Made by a program: the position numbers and the translations under genes
Notes under the pieces: generated by a model
What the model saw: the letters and a program-made list of their open reading frames with translations, nothing else
The model's database searches: none
What the model was told of the DNA's origin: nothing
Shown: piece by piece, positions 26,780 to 39,659 of the stretch
How the letters are laid out: each line of letters begins with the position of its first letter
How positions within the stretch are numbered: the first letter of the stretch is position 1
Source: Balanoglossus misakiensis
Taxonomy: Eukaryota > Animalia > Hemichordata
Length of the DNA: 64,000 nt
Direction: 5' to 3'
Assembly (NCBI GenBank): GCA_040954595.2
Contig: CM082596.2
Coordinates: forward strand, 10,904,454-10,968,453

Positions 26780-29750
26780 AGATAAATAGATGTTTATTTC
26801 ACCAGGAAGATGCATTTGACATAACTGGTGCGGACCAGGGAAGTAGTTTTAGTGGAACTAGTCGTGTCCCTAAATACATACAAATCATTGAAACAATTAA
26901 TATAATTGCCATTTCATATCACAGAACAATAGTTGGTAGTCAAACAACGCGGTGACAAAATAAACAGGTTTATAACAGAGGTTAAATTAATCTATGCTCA
27001 ATAGATACATTTTCAGAGAGCTTTTAAATAAATTCCTTGAATGAATTGATTTTATTTGTGTAGGAATTTCATTCCAATGCTTGGCAATAGAATAGTATAA
27101 ATTATTTTGAGATGAAGTAAGTTTTACTTTGGGAAGCATAAACTTATCAGTGGAGGCAAATCTTGTAGAATATTTGTGTGACACAAATGAAGCATAGCGA
27201 TCTAGTGAGGGGGTATAATGCCTGCCTTTAGATCATACGCAAAAACACAAGTTTGAAATTTACAGAGTTTGTAAACATTAAGAATTCCAAGTTGCTGAAA
27301 AAGTGGTGCACTATGTGTATTGGGGCTAGAAAATGTTATAAGTCTTACAAGTCACTTTTGCAATTTGAAAATACAATCTAAATAGGTTTTATATGCATTT
27401 CCCCATATTTCGATACAATACATTATATGGGGAAGGATAAGACAATTGTATAATAATAAAATTATAGACTTAGGGAGATAATGGCGTACATATGAAATAA
27501 TACCGATTTTTGGCGAAACTTCTTAAAAATAATGTTGATGTGAGACTTCCAGGATAATGATGAGTCAAGAGTAACTCCAAGATAAACAGCAGATGAAACA
27601 TTTTGTATTCGTAAATCAGAGACATATAAATCCCCTTCAGGCTTAAACTTCGCCTGGGCTGTTTTGAAAATAACATAGTTTGTTTTGTCAATATTAATAG
27701 TAAGTTTATTTGACTTACACCAGTTCTGTACTTTAGTTAGCTCAACATTCAGAGTGGCAAGATCGATTTTGTCCTGCTTATCTGAACAAAATAAATTGGT
27801 ATCGTCAGCAAATAACCTGAATTGATAATAGTCTGAGGATCTGCTGATATCATTTATATATACTAGAAAAAGAAGTGGACCTAGAATTGATCCCTGTGGA
27901 ATCCCACAGGAGATCCTTTTTGCTTTTGAAGTACAATTATTGACCTTGACATACTGCTGTCGGTCTTATATATAAGTCTTAAACCAATTAAGTGTGGATC
28001 CCCTAATCCCATGGTGGCATAGCTCAGCTAACAAAGTTGTGTGGTTAATCGTATCAAATGCCTTTTTAAAATCAATAAAGATACCAAATGCAACAAGACC
28101 GTTATCAATGTGCTTTGATATTTTTGTTGTGAGATCTGCTAAAGCTAACTTAGTACTATCTTTCTTACGAAATCCATATTGGCTGTTAGTGAGAATATCA
28201 ATTGTTTTCAAAAAAAGAACACAGTTGCTTATTTACAATAGACTCGTACAGCTTACTAATAAGGTTGGCAAGACAGAGATAGGTCTGTAATTTCCTATTT
28301 CATGAACACAACCCTTTTTAAAAATTGGTGTTACTCAGTGCCATTTTCAGTTTCTCTGGAAAAATACCCTGTGACAAAGAAATATTAACAATATGAGCAA
28401 ATGGTTCTGTAATATAACCCGCTGCTTCCTTCCTTTTGGATATATTTCATCAAAACCAGCAGCTTTACAATGGTCTAATAATTTAATTTCTCTGAGTATA
28501 TCACCAGAATGCACAGGATGGAAAAAGAAAGAATTAAAATGACGAATACCAAGGTAATCATTGAAATTAGCGCTACAATGTATTTGTGATGCTAGATTTT
28601 GTCCAATGTTGACAAAAAAAATTAAAAGCGTCAACTATATCAATATTTTTAGTAACAAAATTCCCAGGGTTTTCGTCATCTTTTATTTTTTTGTGGAGCA
28701 TTAACCTTTGAATTTTTGTTCAAGATTTCATTGATGACTTGCCATTTTTGTGGTCCTTCCCAGAGGCTACAGACAGTTGCAATTTATCACAAAAATACTT
28801 CTTTTTTGCTCGTCGCATAAGTTTTGTTAACAGGTTGCGATAAAGTTTGTACTCTTGATGAATAGATGAGCTTGCAGAATGGCGTTTTGTTTTGGAGAAC
28901 ATATTATGCTTGTTTTTAATTGAGACCAGAAGTCATTTTTGATCCATGGTTTCCGTAAGCGCTTACGCTGGTTTGAACACCGTTCGACTGGCATGTGTCT
29001 TGTTGCCATATCATGAAACAATTGTAGACAGTATGATAGGCAACATTCGGATCATTAGAGTCGTAAACATCCTGCCAAGAAATATTTGCAAAGTCATTTT
29101 TATATGAAACTGGATCAAATGAAGAAAAATCACACTTGAAATCAATTGTTTCAACAGTGAACACATGACGTAAATCCTTAAAGATGGCAAAGATGGGATA
29201 ATGGTCACTTATATCAGTTTGTACTGTCCCACTTTCAATGAACTGGTTACGAAAATTTACATGGCAATGATCTATTAATGTGGAGGTGTGAGTAGTTGTC
29301 CTGTTCGGTACGTCCATGATTTGAAAAAAATTATTACCACTAAGAGTAGCGATATATTCATTAAAGACAGTGTTATCGCCATCTATATTTATATTGAAAT
29401 CCCCTTATAAAATGCATTTTTGTAGGTAATGCGTAGATTATCAAGACAATCTGATAAACTGGTTAAAAAATCCTGAGTAGGTGTATTTGGTCTGCGATAT
29501 ATGACACCTATGATGACCTTGCTTTTTCAAGTAGGATTTCAACAAAGAGACATTCGCAATGTTGGAGAACAACTAAGTCTATTATAGGTATAGTATGATA
29601 ACGACTCGTGTAAATAGAGACCAACACCTCCTCCTCTGGAAACAGCTCTACATTTATGAACAAAGTTGTACGAAGGGAGGTTATATAATGATGCATCAAC
29701 ACCTGGGTCTAGCCATGTTTCACTGAGGGCAATGACAGAAAATTCATCAA
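26780..29750 (-). pseudogene. Decayed CR1/L2-group LINE ORF2 (APE endonuclease + reverse transcriptase)
   Basis: IALSETWLD, TLIDH, SDHYPIF, QYGFRK, IDFKKAFDTINH, GIPQGSILGPLLF, FADDT. Many frameshifts. Confidence 0.92.
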
Positions 29751-30184
29751 ATAGTGCAGGAGCTTAACCCCACATTTTGGCATAATTGTGCACTTTGGGT
29801 TAAAAGCATAAAACTTGGTACACTTATGCATTGACCCATGGCGGCCATTTTCTGATATGGATCCAAAAGGACAGCGCCCTCTAGTGGCCAGAAACAGACA
29901 TTCATACTTAAAAATTGTGCACTTTGGGTTAAAAGCATGAAATTTGGTACAATTATTCATTGACCCATGGCGGACATTTTCCAATATGGATCTCAAAAGA
30001 CAGCGCCCTCTAGTGGCTAGAAGCTGACATTCATACTTAAAAATTGTGCACTTTGGGTTAAAAGCATGAAATTTGGTACAATTATTCATTGACCCATGGC
30101 GGACATTTTCCAATATGGATCCCAAAAGACAGCGCCCTCTAGTGGCTAGAAACTGACATTTACACTTTTCCCCCTATTAATGAC
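29751..30184 (-). mobile_element. Helentron/HINE-like element with 129-bp tandem units, inserted in the LINE
   Basis: Removing it restores the LINE codons LPKK|FDEF at a TT site with no TSD. Unit anchors at 29874, 30003 and 30132. Confidence 0.6.
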
Positions 30185-30248
30185 ACTTTTTGGGCAAGTT
30201 TAACACTCAGAGACAGGAATGTTGGTTGTAAAACATGCTTGCTGCCAT

Positions 30249-30497
30249 ATAGTGCAGGAGCTTAACCCCACATTTTGGCATAATTGTGCACTTTGGGTTA
30301 AAAGCATAAAACTTGGTACACTTATGCATTGACCCATGGCGGCCATTTTCTGATATGGATCCAAAATGACAGCGCCCTCTAGTGGCCAGAAACAGACATT
30401 CATACTTAAAAATTGTGCACTTTGGGTTAAAAGCATGAAATTTGGTACAATTATTCATTGACCCATGGCGGACATTTTCCAATATGGATCCCAAAAG
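30249..30497 (-). mobile_element. Second, partial copy of the 129-bp-unit element (mirror ~31420-31668)
   Basis: Same ATAGTGCAGGAGCTTAACCCC terminus and unit sequence. Confidence 0.6.
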
Positions 30498-30671
30498 ACC
30501 CCTAACCCAACTCAGTCGAGTTTTTTCGGCTTTTCGAAGTTCAGTTGAAGGCTTATCTTGATGTGGACAAATAGTCTTTCACACCTTTGTAAATCCTCTG
30601 CCTGCAATGTGAAACAAGGCTTCCTTTGCTTTGACCGTGTACACTTAGGGCAACTTCTCGGGCACGCAGCC

Positions 30672-31245
30672 TTTTAGGCTGCATTCACAAACACTTCTGG
30701 AGAGGGGCGGGGGAGAATTCATTTTTTTTTACCGCTAATTTTCACATGCCCCCTTCCGAACTGCCAATATTTTCAAATCCCCCCCCCTTCCGAACTGCCA
30801 AAATTTTGAAATCCCCCCCCCCCATTTTCTTTCACAGAGCAAAACACATCACCTATCTATCTTGTAAAAAGAAAAACAGCGCTCCCATGAAAAGAATTTG
30901 AAAGTGATGTTTCCCCTCATCAGTGGGTATTAAGACTGAACATTGTTTTAATTTTTTAAGTACATATATTTGTGTTCTGTGTTGGGAGACATTGTAAACC
31001 GAGAATTGAAGGGGGTGGGTTTGGGAGGGGGTGTCCCACTCCCACGTAAGAAAATTTTTTAAAATACAGAGCTCAAAGCTGCATTTTAATGAACCCGGCA
31101 AAAACAAATTAACTCAACTACTGGTATGTTGGGGAGGACAAATTAAACCGTCGCCGCTCAAAGTTATCATGGGGTGGGGGCAAGTCCCCTGACCTGGGAC
31201 ACTAGATAAACCAGTCAATGATTGAAAGGTGTTGGTGAATTGAGG
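30672..31245. other. Palindrome spacer: truncated Harbinger-like MITE relative
   Basis: Not self-complementary. Contains GGGAGGGGGTGTCCCACTCCCAC and CCTGGGACACTAGATAAACCAG modules resembling those of 4019-5174. Confidence 0.8.
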
Positions 31246-31732
31246 GGCTGCGTGCCCGAGAAGTTGCCCTAAGTGTACACGGTCAAAGCAAAGGAAGCCT
31301 TGTTTCACATTGCAGGCAGAGGATTTACAAAGGTGTGAAAGACTATTTGTCCACATCAAGATAAGCCTTCAACTGAACTTCGAAAAGCCGAAAAAACTCG
31401 ACTGAGTTGGGTTAGGGGTCTTTTGGGATCCATATTGGAAAATGTCCGCCATGGGTCAATGAATAATTGTACCAAATTTCATGCTTTTAACCCAAAGTGC
31501 ACAATTTTTAAGTATGAATGTCTGTTTCTGGCCACTAGAGGGCGCTGTCATTTTGGATCCATATCAGAAAATGGCCGCCATGGGTCAATGCATAAGTGTA
31601 CCAAGTTTTATGCTTTTAACCCAAAGTGCACAATTATGCCAAAATGTGGGGTTAAGCTCCTGCACTATATGGCAGCAAGCATGTTTTACAACCAACATTC
31701 CTGTCTCTGAGTGTTAAACTTGCCCAAAAAGT

Positions 31733-32037
31733 GTCATTAATAGGGGGAAAAGTGTAAATGTCAGTTTCTAGCCACTAGAGGGCGCTGTCTTTTGGGATCC
31801 ATATTGGAAAATGTCCGCCATGGGTCAATGAATAATTGTACCAAATTTCATGCTTTTAACCCAAAGTGCACAATTTTTAAGTATGAATGTCTGTTTCTGG
31901 CCACTAGAGGGCACTGTCCTTTTGGATCCATATCAGAAAATGGCCGCCATGGGTCAATGCATAAGTGTACCAAGTTTTATGCTTTTAACCCAAAGTGCAC
32001 AATTATGCCAAAATGTGGGGTTAAGCTCCTGCACTAT
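31733..32037 (+). mobile_element. Helentron/HINE-like element, one 129-bp unit shorter than its mirror
   Basis: 305 bp versus 434 bp. Mirrored ORFs are 95 aa versus 138 aa. Confidence 0.6.
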
Positions 32038-35010
32038 TTGATGAATTTTCTGTCATTGCCCTCAGTGAAACATGGCTAGACCCAGGTGTTGATGCATCAT
32101 TATATAACCTCCCTTCGTACAACTTTGTTCATAAATGTAGAGCTGTTTCCAGAGGAGGAGGTGTTGGTCTCTATTTACACGAGTCGTTATCATACTATAC
32201 CTATAATAGACTTAGTTGTTCTCCAACATTGCGAATGTCTCTTTGTTGAAATCCTACTTGAAAAAGCAAGGTCATCATAGGTGTCATATATCGCAGACCA
32301 AATACACCTACTCAGGATTTTTTAACCAGTTTATCAGATTGTCTTGATAATCTACGCATTACCTACAAAAATGCATTTTATAAGGGGATTTCAATATAAA
32401 TATAGATGGCGATAACACTGTCTTTAATGAATATATCGCTACTCTTAGTGGTAATAATTTTTATCAAATCATGGACGTACCGAACAGGACAACTACTCAC
32501 ACCTCCACATTAATAGATCATTGCCATGTAAATTTTCGTAACCAGTTCATTGAAAGTGGGACAGTACAAACTGATATAAGTGACCATTATCCCATCTTTG
32601 CCATCTTTAAGGATTTACGTCATGTGTTCACTGTTGAAACAATTGATTTCAAGTGTGATTTTTCTTCATTTGATCCAGTTTCATATAAAAATGACTTTGC
32701 AAATATTTCTTGGCAGGATGTTTACGACTCTAATGATCCGAATGTTGCCTATCATACTGTCTACAATTGTTTCATGATATGGCAACAAGACACATGCCAG
32801 TCGAACGGTGTTCAAACCAGCGTAAGCGCTTACGGAAACCATGGATCAAAAATGACTTCTGGTCTCAATTAAAAACAAGCATAATATGTTCTCCAAAACA
32901 AAACGCCATTCTGCAAGCTCATCTATTCATCAAGAGTACAAACTTTATCGCAACCTGTTAACAAAACTTATGCGACGAGCAAAAAAGAAGTATTTTTGTG
33001 ATAAATTGCAACTGTCTGTAGCCTCTGGGAAGGACCACAAAAATGGCAAGTCATCAATGAAATCTTGAACAAAAATTCAAAGGTTAATGCTCCACAAAAA
33101 AATAAAAGATGACGAAAACCCTGGGAATTTTGTTACTAAAAATATTGATATAGTTGACGCTTTTAATTTTTTTTGTCAACATTGGACAAAATCTAGCATC
33201 ACAAATACATTGTAGCGCTAATTTCAATGATTACCTTGGTATTCGTCATTTTAATTCTTTCTTTTTCCATCCTGTGCATTCTGGTGATATACTCAGAGAA
33301 ATTAAATTATTAGACCATTGTAAAGCTGCTGGTTTTGATGAAATATATCCAAAAGGAAGGAAGCAGCGGGTTATATTACAGAACCATTTGCTCATATTGT
33401 TAATATTTCTTTGTCACAGGGTATTTTTCCAGAGAAACTGAAAATGGCACTGAGTAACACCAATTTTTAAAAAGGGTTGTGTTCATGAAATAGGAAATTA
33501 CAGACCTATCTCTGTCTTGCCAACCTTATTAGTAAGCTGTACGAGTCTATTGTAAATAAGCAACTGTGTTCTTTTTTTGAAAACAATTGATATTCTCACT
33601 AACAGCCAATATGGATTTCGTAAGAAAGATAGTACTAAGTTAGCTTTAGCAGATCTCACAACAAAAATATCAAAGCACATTGATAACGGTCTTGTTGCAT
33701 TTGGTATCTTTATTGATTTTAAAAAGGCATTTGATACGATTAACCACACAACTTTGTTAGCTGAGCTATGCCACCATGGGATTAGGGGATCCACACTTAA
33801 TTGGTTTAAGACTTATATATAAGACCGACAGCAGTATGTCAAGGTCAATAATTGTACTTCAAAAGCAAAAAGGATCTCCTGTGGGATTCCACAGGGATCA
33901 ATTCTAGGTCCACTTCTTTTTCTAGTATATATAAATGATATCAGCAGATCCTCAGACTATTATCAATTCAGGTTATTTGCTGACGATACCAATTTATTTT
34001 GTTCAGATAAGCAGGACAAAATCGATCTTGCCACTCTGAATGTTGAGCTAACTAAAGTACAGAACTGGTGTAAGTCAAATAAACTTACTATTAATATTGA
34101 CAAAACAAACTATGTTATTTTCAAAACAGCCCAGGCGAAGTTTAAGCCTGAAGGGGATTTATATGTCTCTGATTTACGAATACAAAATGTTTCATCTGCT
34201 GTTTATCTTGGAGTTACTCTTGACTCATCATTATCCTGGAAGTCTCACATCAACATTATTTTTAAGAAGTTTCGCCAAAAATCGGTATTATTTCATATGT
34301 ACGCCATTATCTCCCTAAGTCTATAATTTTATTATTATACAATTGTCTTATCCTTCCCCATATAATGTATTGTATCGAAATATGGGGAAATGCATATAAA
34401 ACCTATTTAGATTGTATTTTCAAATTGCAAAAGTGACTTGTAAGACTTATAACATTTTCTAGCCCCAATACACATAGTGCACCACTTTTTCAGCAACTTG
34501 GAATTCTTAATGTTTACAAACTCTGTAAATTTCAAACTTGTGTTTTTGCGTATGATCTAAAGGCAGGCATTATACCCCCTCACTAGATCGCTATGCTTCA
34601 TTTGTGTCACACAAATATTCTACAAGATTTGCCTCCACTGATAAGTTTATGCTTCCCAAAGTAAAACTTACTTCATCTCAAAATAATTTATACTATTCTA
34701 TTGCCAAGCATTGGAATGAAATTCCTACACAAATAAAATCAATTCATTCAAGGAATTTATTTAAAAGCTCTCTGAAAATGTATCTATTGAGCATAGATTA
34801 ATTTAACCTCTGTTATAAACCTGTTTATTTTGTCACCGCGTTGTTTGACTACCAACTATTGTTCTGTGATATGAAATGGCAATTATATTAATTGTTTCAA
34901 TGATTTGTATGTATTTAGGGACACGACTAGTTCCACTAAAACTACTTCCCTGGTCCGCACCAGTTATGTCAAATGCATCTTCCTGGTGAAATAAACATCT
35001 ATTTATCTAT
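32038..35010 (+). pseudogene. Decayed CR1/L2-group LINE ORF2 (mirror copy)
   Basis: Same motifs and ORF fragments as 26780-29750. Confidence 0.92.
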
Positions 35011-37884
35011 CTTTGGACTTTTCTGGCAGATCATCATGTATGCTGCAAGCTGCATCAGTAGGACACACAATCTGTACATTTTTGGGGAGTATTGATGAAG
35101 ATATTGCGACCAAGCAGTGCCAACTCCACACACTGTTGTTGTGCCTTTCACATGCTACAAGGCAAAGTTTTGAAAATCATTAGTTTTCTCAAAAAGAACA
35201 GATAAATGTCATCTGTACAAAACTTCCAGAAATCTCTCCAAAAATCTCTCAAGTGAACTCTGCACATTTTTTCTAAAGTTTTATTTTGGAATTATTAAAA
35301 TTACTTCAAGAATTTAAGTAATACCATTCAGATGTATGGAGATGCCTGGGAATTTATGTTCAGAAATGGTATTTAAGATATTTAAAATTTTGAACTCCAT
35401 TTGAAGCTGATATCTAACAGAAAATATTAACAACAAATGATAGAGAAGGCAACAATTTCACAACGGTCTTTGCAAATTTGATAAATAGCTAAAAACATAA
35501 ATCTATTAATGGTTATACACAGTAATCATTTTGAACACACAGAGTCAAATTCACTACAAACTTTCAGTCTCCAGGGTAATATAATGACATCAATTTCAAT
35601 AACATTGAAGTTTCATTAAATGCTTAAAATGCTTTAAAATTGTTCAATATGGCATGCACCATGCACAAACTTATGAGACTGATCAATGAAAATTAATTTT
35701 TTGCATAATATAATGAAAATGATAAAATCTGTCGTCAAATCCATGGGAAACTCAACTCAAATAGTACATCACTGTCAATCTATATTATCTATATATATTA
35801 TTGATCCGCCTCTAAGGAAAAATGTTTAAAAAGTTTCATGCAAATATACTACTACTGAACATGTAGACTGAGACTTATAAAAACTTCAAAAAACACTGGT
35901 AATTGAACAAGTGTATGTTAACAAAATTATGTGTTTAAAGGCACATAAACTGTAAATTTCAAATGATTTAATCATGTAGGTGAGATCATACATCACTTAT
36001 AAATGCATTTATAAATTAAAAAAACAAAAACAAAAAAAAACAGGTGGGTATCCCACTCAAAAAGGAGTCATGTAATGTGGCACCACACTAATGTGCACAC
36101 CCACAAACACATTTGACATGGAAATAATTTATTTTTACAATCTTGATAAAACAATTTGATGTCAACCAATGAACGGGACACATGTAATTTAATGTTTTCT
36201 CTGTACTTTGTAACATGACTTGCACATTTTTGAAAATGGCAGGAAATTCACAATGGAATATAGATGACTTAACTTTTCTGGCGTTTCTGAAACCAATATA
36301 TTTTTTGCCACATTTAACGGCAACAACATTATCGTGAGTTGGAAATCAAAAAATAATTGGGAATTTAAGAGAATATATTTGAAAGACAACATATTTCAGA
36401 GCTAGAGGTGATGGACCTTTATTAACACATTGATTAAATTTGAAAATACAAAGTACCAAAATTCAGGATTTCGTATGAAAAAATGAAAAAGTAATTAATT
36501 GAACATTTTTAAACCCCGGTGCGGGGTATAAAAGACCCCCCCCCCCCCCAAATCAGTGGCGAATCTTAATGCCGTTTGACTGACAACAGACAACACCAAG
36601 GATCTTGGCTCTATGAAAATCGGCCCAAACAGGTCCAAGAATAAAGAATTACACCACACAACGACAGTAGTTGGCTTTATAAACACACACAACATAAAGT
36701 TATCGACGAAAAAGTACACGAGCTTTTGAAACAACGATGATTTTGGGAGAAATCTGGTTTCAGTGCTTTTCAGAAGCGTCCCTGGGAAACAATAACCACG
36801 CCATTCAAACAGTTGTCAATCGCGTGGAAGTGTGAAGTGTTCAATTATTTTCTGTGTACATGAGAGCAATTACACAGTCATTATGCACGACGACCACTCC
36901 CAAATAAACAACTATACAAACACACGTTAATCCGAACCCCAGGACTTTCCGCACCGGGGTTTAACCAAAAATATAAAAACATTATTTTATTTATACATGT
37001 GTGGTAACTTATGTAAACTGGGCAGACTGAAGAAGATATCTGCCCTTATTGATCATACTATCTAAGTAAGTTACTTAAGCAATAAGCCCCGCTGTAAGCG
37101 GGTATACGCGAGATTTGGGTACAATTCGAGACATATAGCGCGAGCTGTCAGGCGAGTCTATATGGAGCAAATTGTACCCAAATCGAGTGCTATTATATCA
37201 ACAATTGTTTTTGTGGCATATCAGTGTCATTTTCTTACCGAGACGGCGTCACAAAGAGTAATTACGATCGTGAACCAACATGGCGACGATGAATGTAAAC
37301 ACGAGCGGCCGGGATCGAGCATTAAACATGAAGCAGACGACAAAAAGTGACAAGACGGGCATCGCGCGTGGCAAAGTTACAAATATTTCTACAGAGCAGT
37401 TCCAAAATAAAACGATTAATTCAACAGTATTTTTGTTTTATTTAGTTGGTTTAAACACGCGCGGCTGTGGTTTAACCGCACATTTGTGCTGCCGCATGCT
37501 AGTTCAGGGGCCCGTTTTAGCACTGCCAGCAGTGCTATATGACTATGTTAGCATCGCTGGATTGAGCTCTCGTCCAATCAGAATTGCGGACGGTAGCATG
37601 ATATACATGTAATATAATTGCAGATATAATGGTCAGGGTCACAGAAAAATATGATATTCTAATCACAGGGATAGGGGAAATAGTTAAATAATATGAGGTT
37701 ATCGCCCCATATCACCTCTTGTGTTGGGCCATATTTACCGCTCGTGTGGGTTGTGAGCCGCATCACACGAGTCGAAGACGAGTGTGACGCAGCTCACAAC
37801 CCACACGAGCGGCAAATATGGCCCAACAAGAGGTGATATGGGGCGAAAACCGATTTATCATATGCCCAAACACACAGACCTGTA

Positions 37885-38745
37885 CGCAGAGCTATATGAA
37901 CCCGCTACTTTGACGAGCTCAATCAGCGGGAAATCAAGCGTTATCTTCAGGACAACGGTTACCCGGTCTCCATCATCCGTGGCAATGAGTTCCAGCTCTC
38001 CCGAAAATGCCTCACAGAAAAAAGAGTTGAACAAAAAAACAGGGACGGGGAAATAAGCCACAAGCTGCCCAAGTGATTACTGATAAAGAAGAACAACTTT
38101 TGATTGAAAGAGGATTTGTCGGTCGATCGACTCCCGAAGCGTTGTTCAACGCAGTTTGGATGAACAACACCAAGATGTTGGGCTTTCGCGGTGGCCAAGA
38201 AAATCGGGAACTGAAATTGGGGGGGGGGGGGAATCAAGCTCAAAAGACGGCCGACCACAAAGAATATCTCGAATTTAACGAAAGGGAGACGAAGACTGCA
38301 GATTTAGACAGGCTGGTGCGAAACCACGACCCTTCAACCCCAAAATCTTCGCCACTCCCGAGAAGCCAGACACATGTCCCATAGCCACATCCAAGGAGTT
38401 CGCAAATCGTCGCCCCGTTGAAATGAATACCCTAGACAGCCCCTTCTACTTGCATTGGCAATCAATTATTCGCCCTCGTCAACCATATGGTTTAAGAAAT
38501 CTCCAATGGGAAAGAATAAGTTGGCAACAGTCGTCCAAAGTATGAGCGAGAAAGCAGGCATCAGAGGGGGAAAAAACAATCACAGCATGAGAAAAACAGC
38601 CATCACGAAATTGTTGCACGCCAGTATTCCACCGACCCAAGTGCAACAGTTATCGGGCCACAGTCAGCTGCAGTCGGTCAACAACTATGCCACCGCCTCG
38701 CTAAGACAGCAGGAAGAGATGTCAAACATCCTCGCTCCATGTTCA
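37885..38745 (+). pseudogene. Crypton-type tyrosine recombinase (mirror copy)
   Basis: ORFs 38073..38384 and 38455..39093 carry the GFRGGQE, HSMR and SGH...Y motifs. Confidence 0.85.
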
Positions 38746-39659
38746 TCCAAACAAGTCGAAAAAATTGGGCAATTTCTGGTTCCGTCAGTTCAAGCACGTA
38801 TCAGATGGAAGCGGCGACAAGGGGCGGTATATTTAGCGACGCAGAGACATATGGCGGCTCGTTCAATATCTATGTTTCAAATAGTCCTGTTTCAAAATGA
38901 CCTACATTACAGGTCCTATGCACACGTATTACATGTTCTGATTGGTTTATCCGCTTCTCTAAGGTCCACTTGCGGCTCGCTGATTGGAGGGACCTTATGT
39001 GTTAGGTCATATTACTATGTATTATTCACCAGACCTTGTAGGTTAGGTCTTATTACTATGCATTATTCACTTTACAGCTCCCTGATTGGTTAATGTGTAG
39101 GTCTGGTCCTCCAGTGTTCACTGCCTCATTATGCAGGACCTTGTAGGTTAGGTCTTATTAATATGTATTTATTCACCATACAGCTCCCTGATTGGTTAAC
39201 GTGTCAGACTGGTCCCCCATGTGTTCACTGCCTCATTGTGAAATGTCCCAAGTGCTTCCTGGCTACCGTTGTGGTAACACATTATTAGGGATGTCCGCAG
39301 ATCGTTCATTGATTTTCTAAGAAATAGCCTGACATATATTATCTCCAACATAAACTGCACCCTGGAAAGATTAAATGATTTTTTTAGATGGACTTTGAAA
39401 ATCTGATTAACTCATCTAAGCACTTTAGCTAAGTTGTATATTTTTTTAATCACCCTCCTACTTCTCATCATCAGTTTTATTATTGTTGTTATTACTTTTT
39501 TAAATTTGTTTTGACGAAGATGTTGATTGTGATAAGGAGCACGTTGTCCGTTTATACATTCGTATATTGTTTTAATAAAATGGAACTGTGACGGTGCAGC
39601 TTCGTGAAGGAAGTACAATAAAAGTAATCATACCTGTAAAGCAACTAATTATATATATG

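Larger units (their letters stand above)
4019..30671. repeat. Left arm of giant palindrome (non-satellite part)
   Basis: Reverse complement of 31246-57306. Almost every ORF has a mirrored twin, e.g. 21046..21957+ / 39866..40777- and 28916..29317- / 32471..32872+. Confidence 0.98.
29874..31914. promoter_or_regulatory. Cluster of 7 CTCF-consensus motifs, divergent about the palindrome axis
   Basis: CCACTAGAGGGCGC on the minus strand at 29874, 30003, 30132 and 30372, and on the plus strand at 31532 and 31772. Variant CCACTAGAGGGCAC at 31901. Binding is untested. Confidence 0.5.

Noticed and set aside
29709-32079. MGSILENVRHG repeat ORFs as small proteins
   Set aside because: By-products of the 129-bp (43-codon) unit, with non-ATG starts.
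35030-35162. Exon-like stretch or MULE transposase relic (NSTHCCCAFHMLQ)
   Set aside because: Too short, has a stop in that frame, and no other supporting motif is visible.
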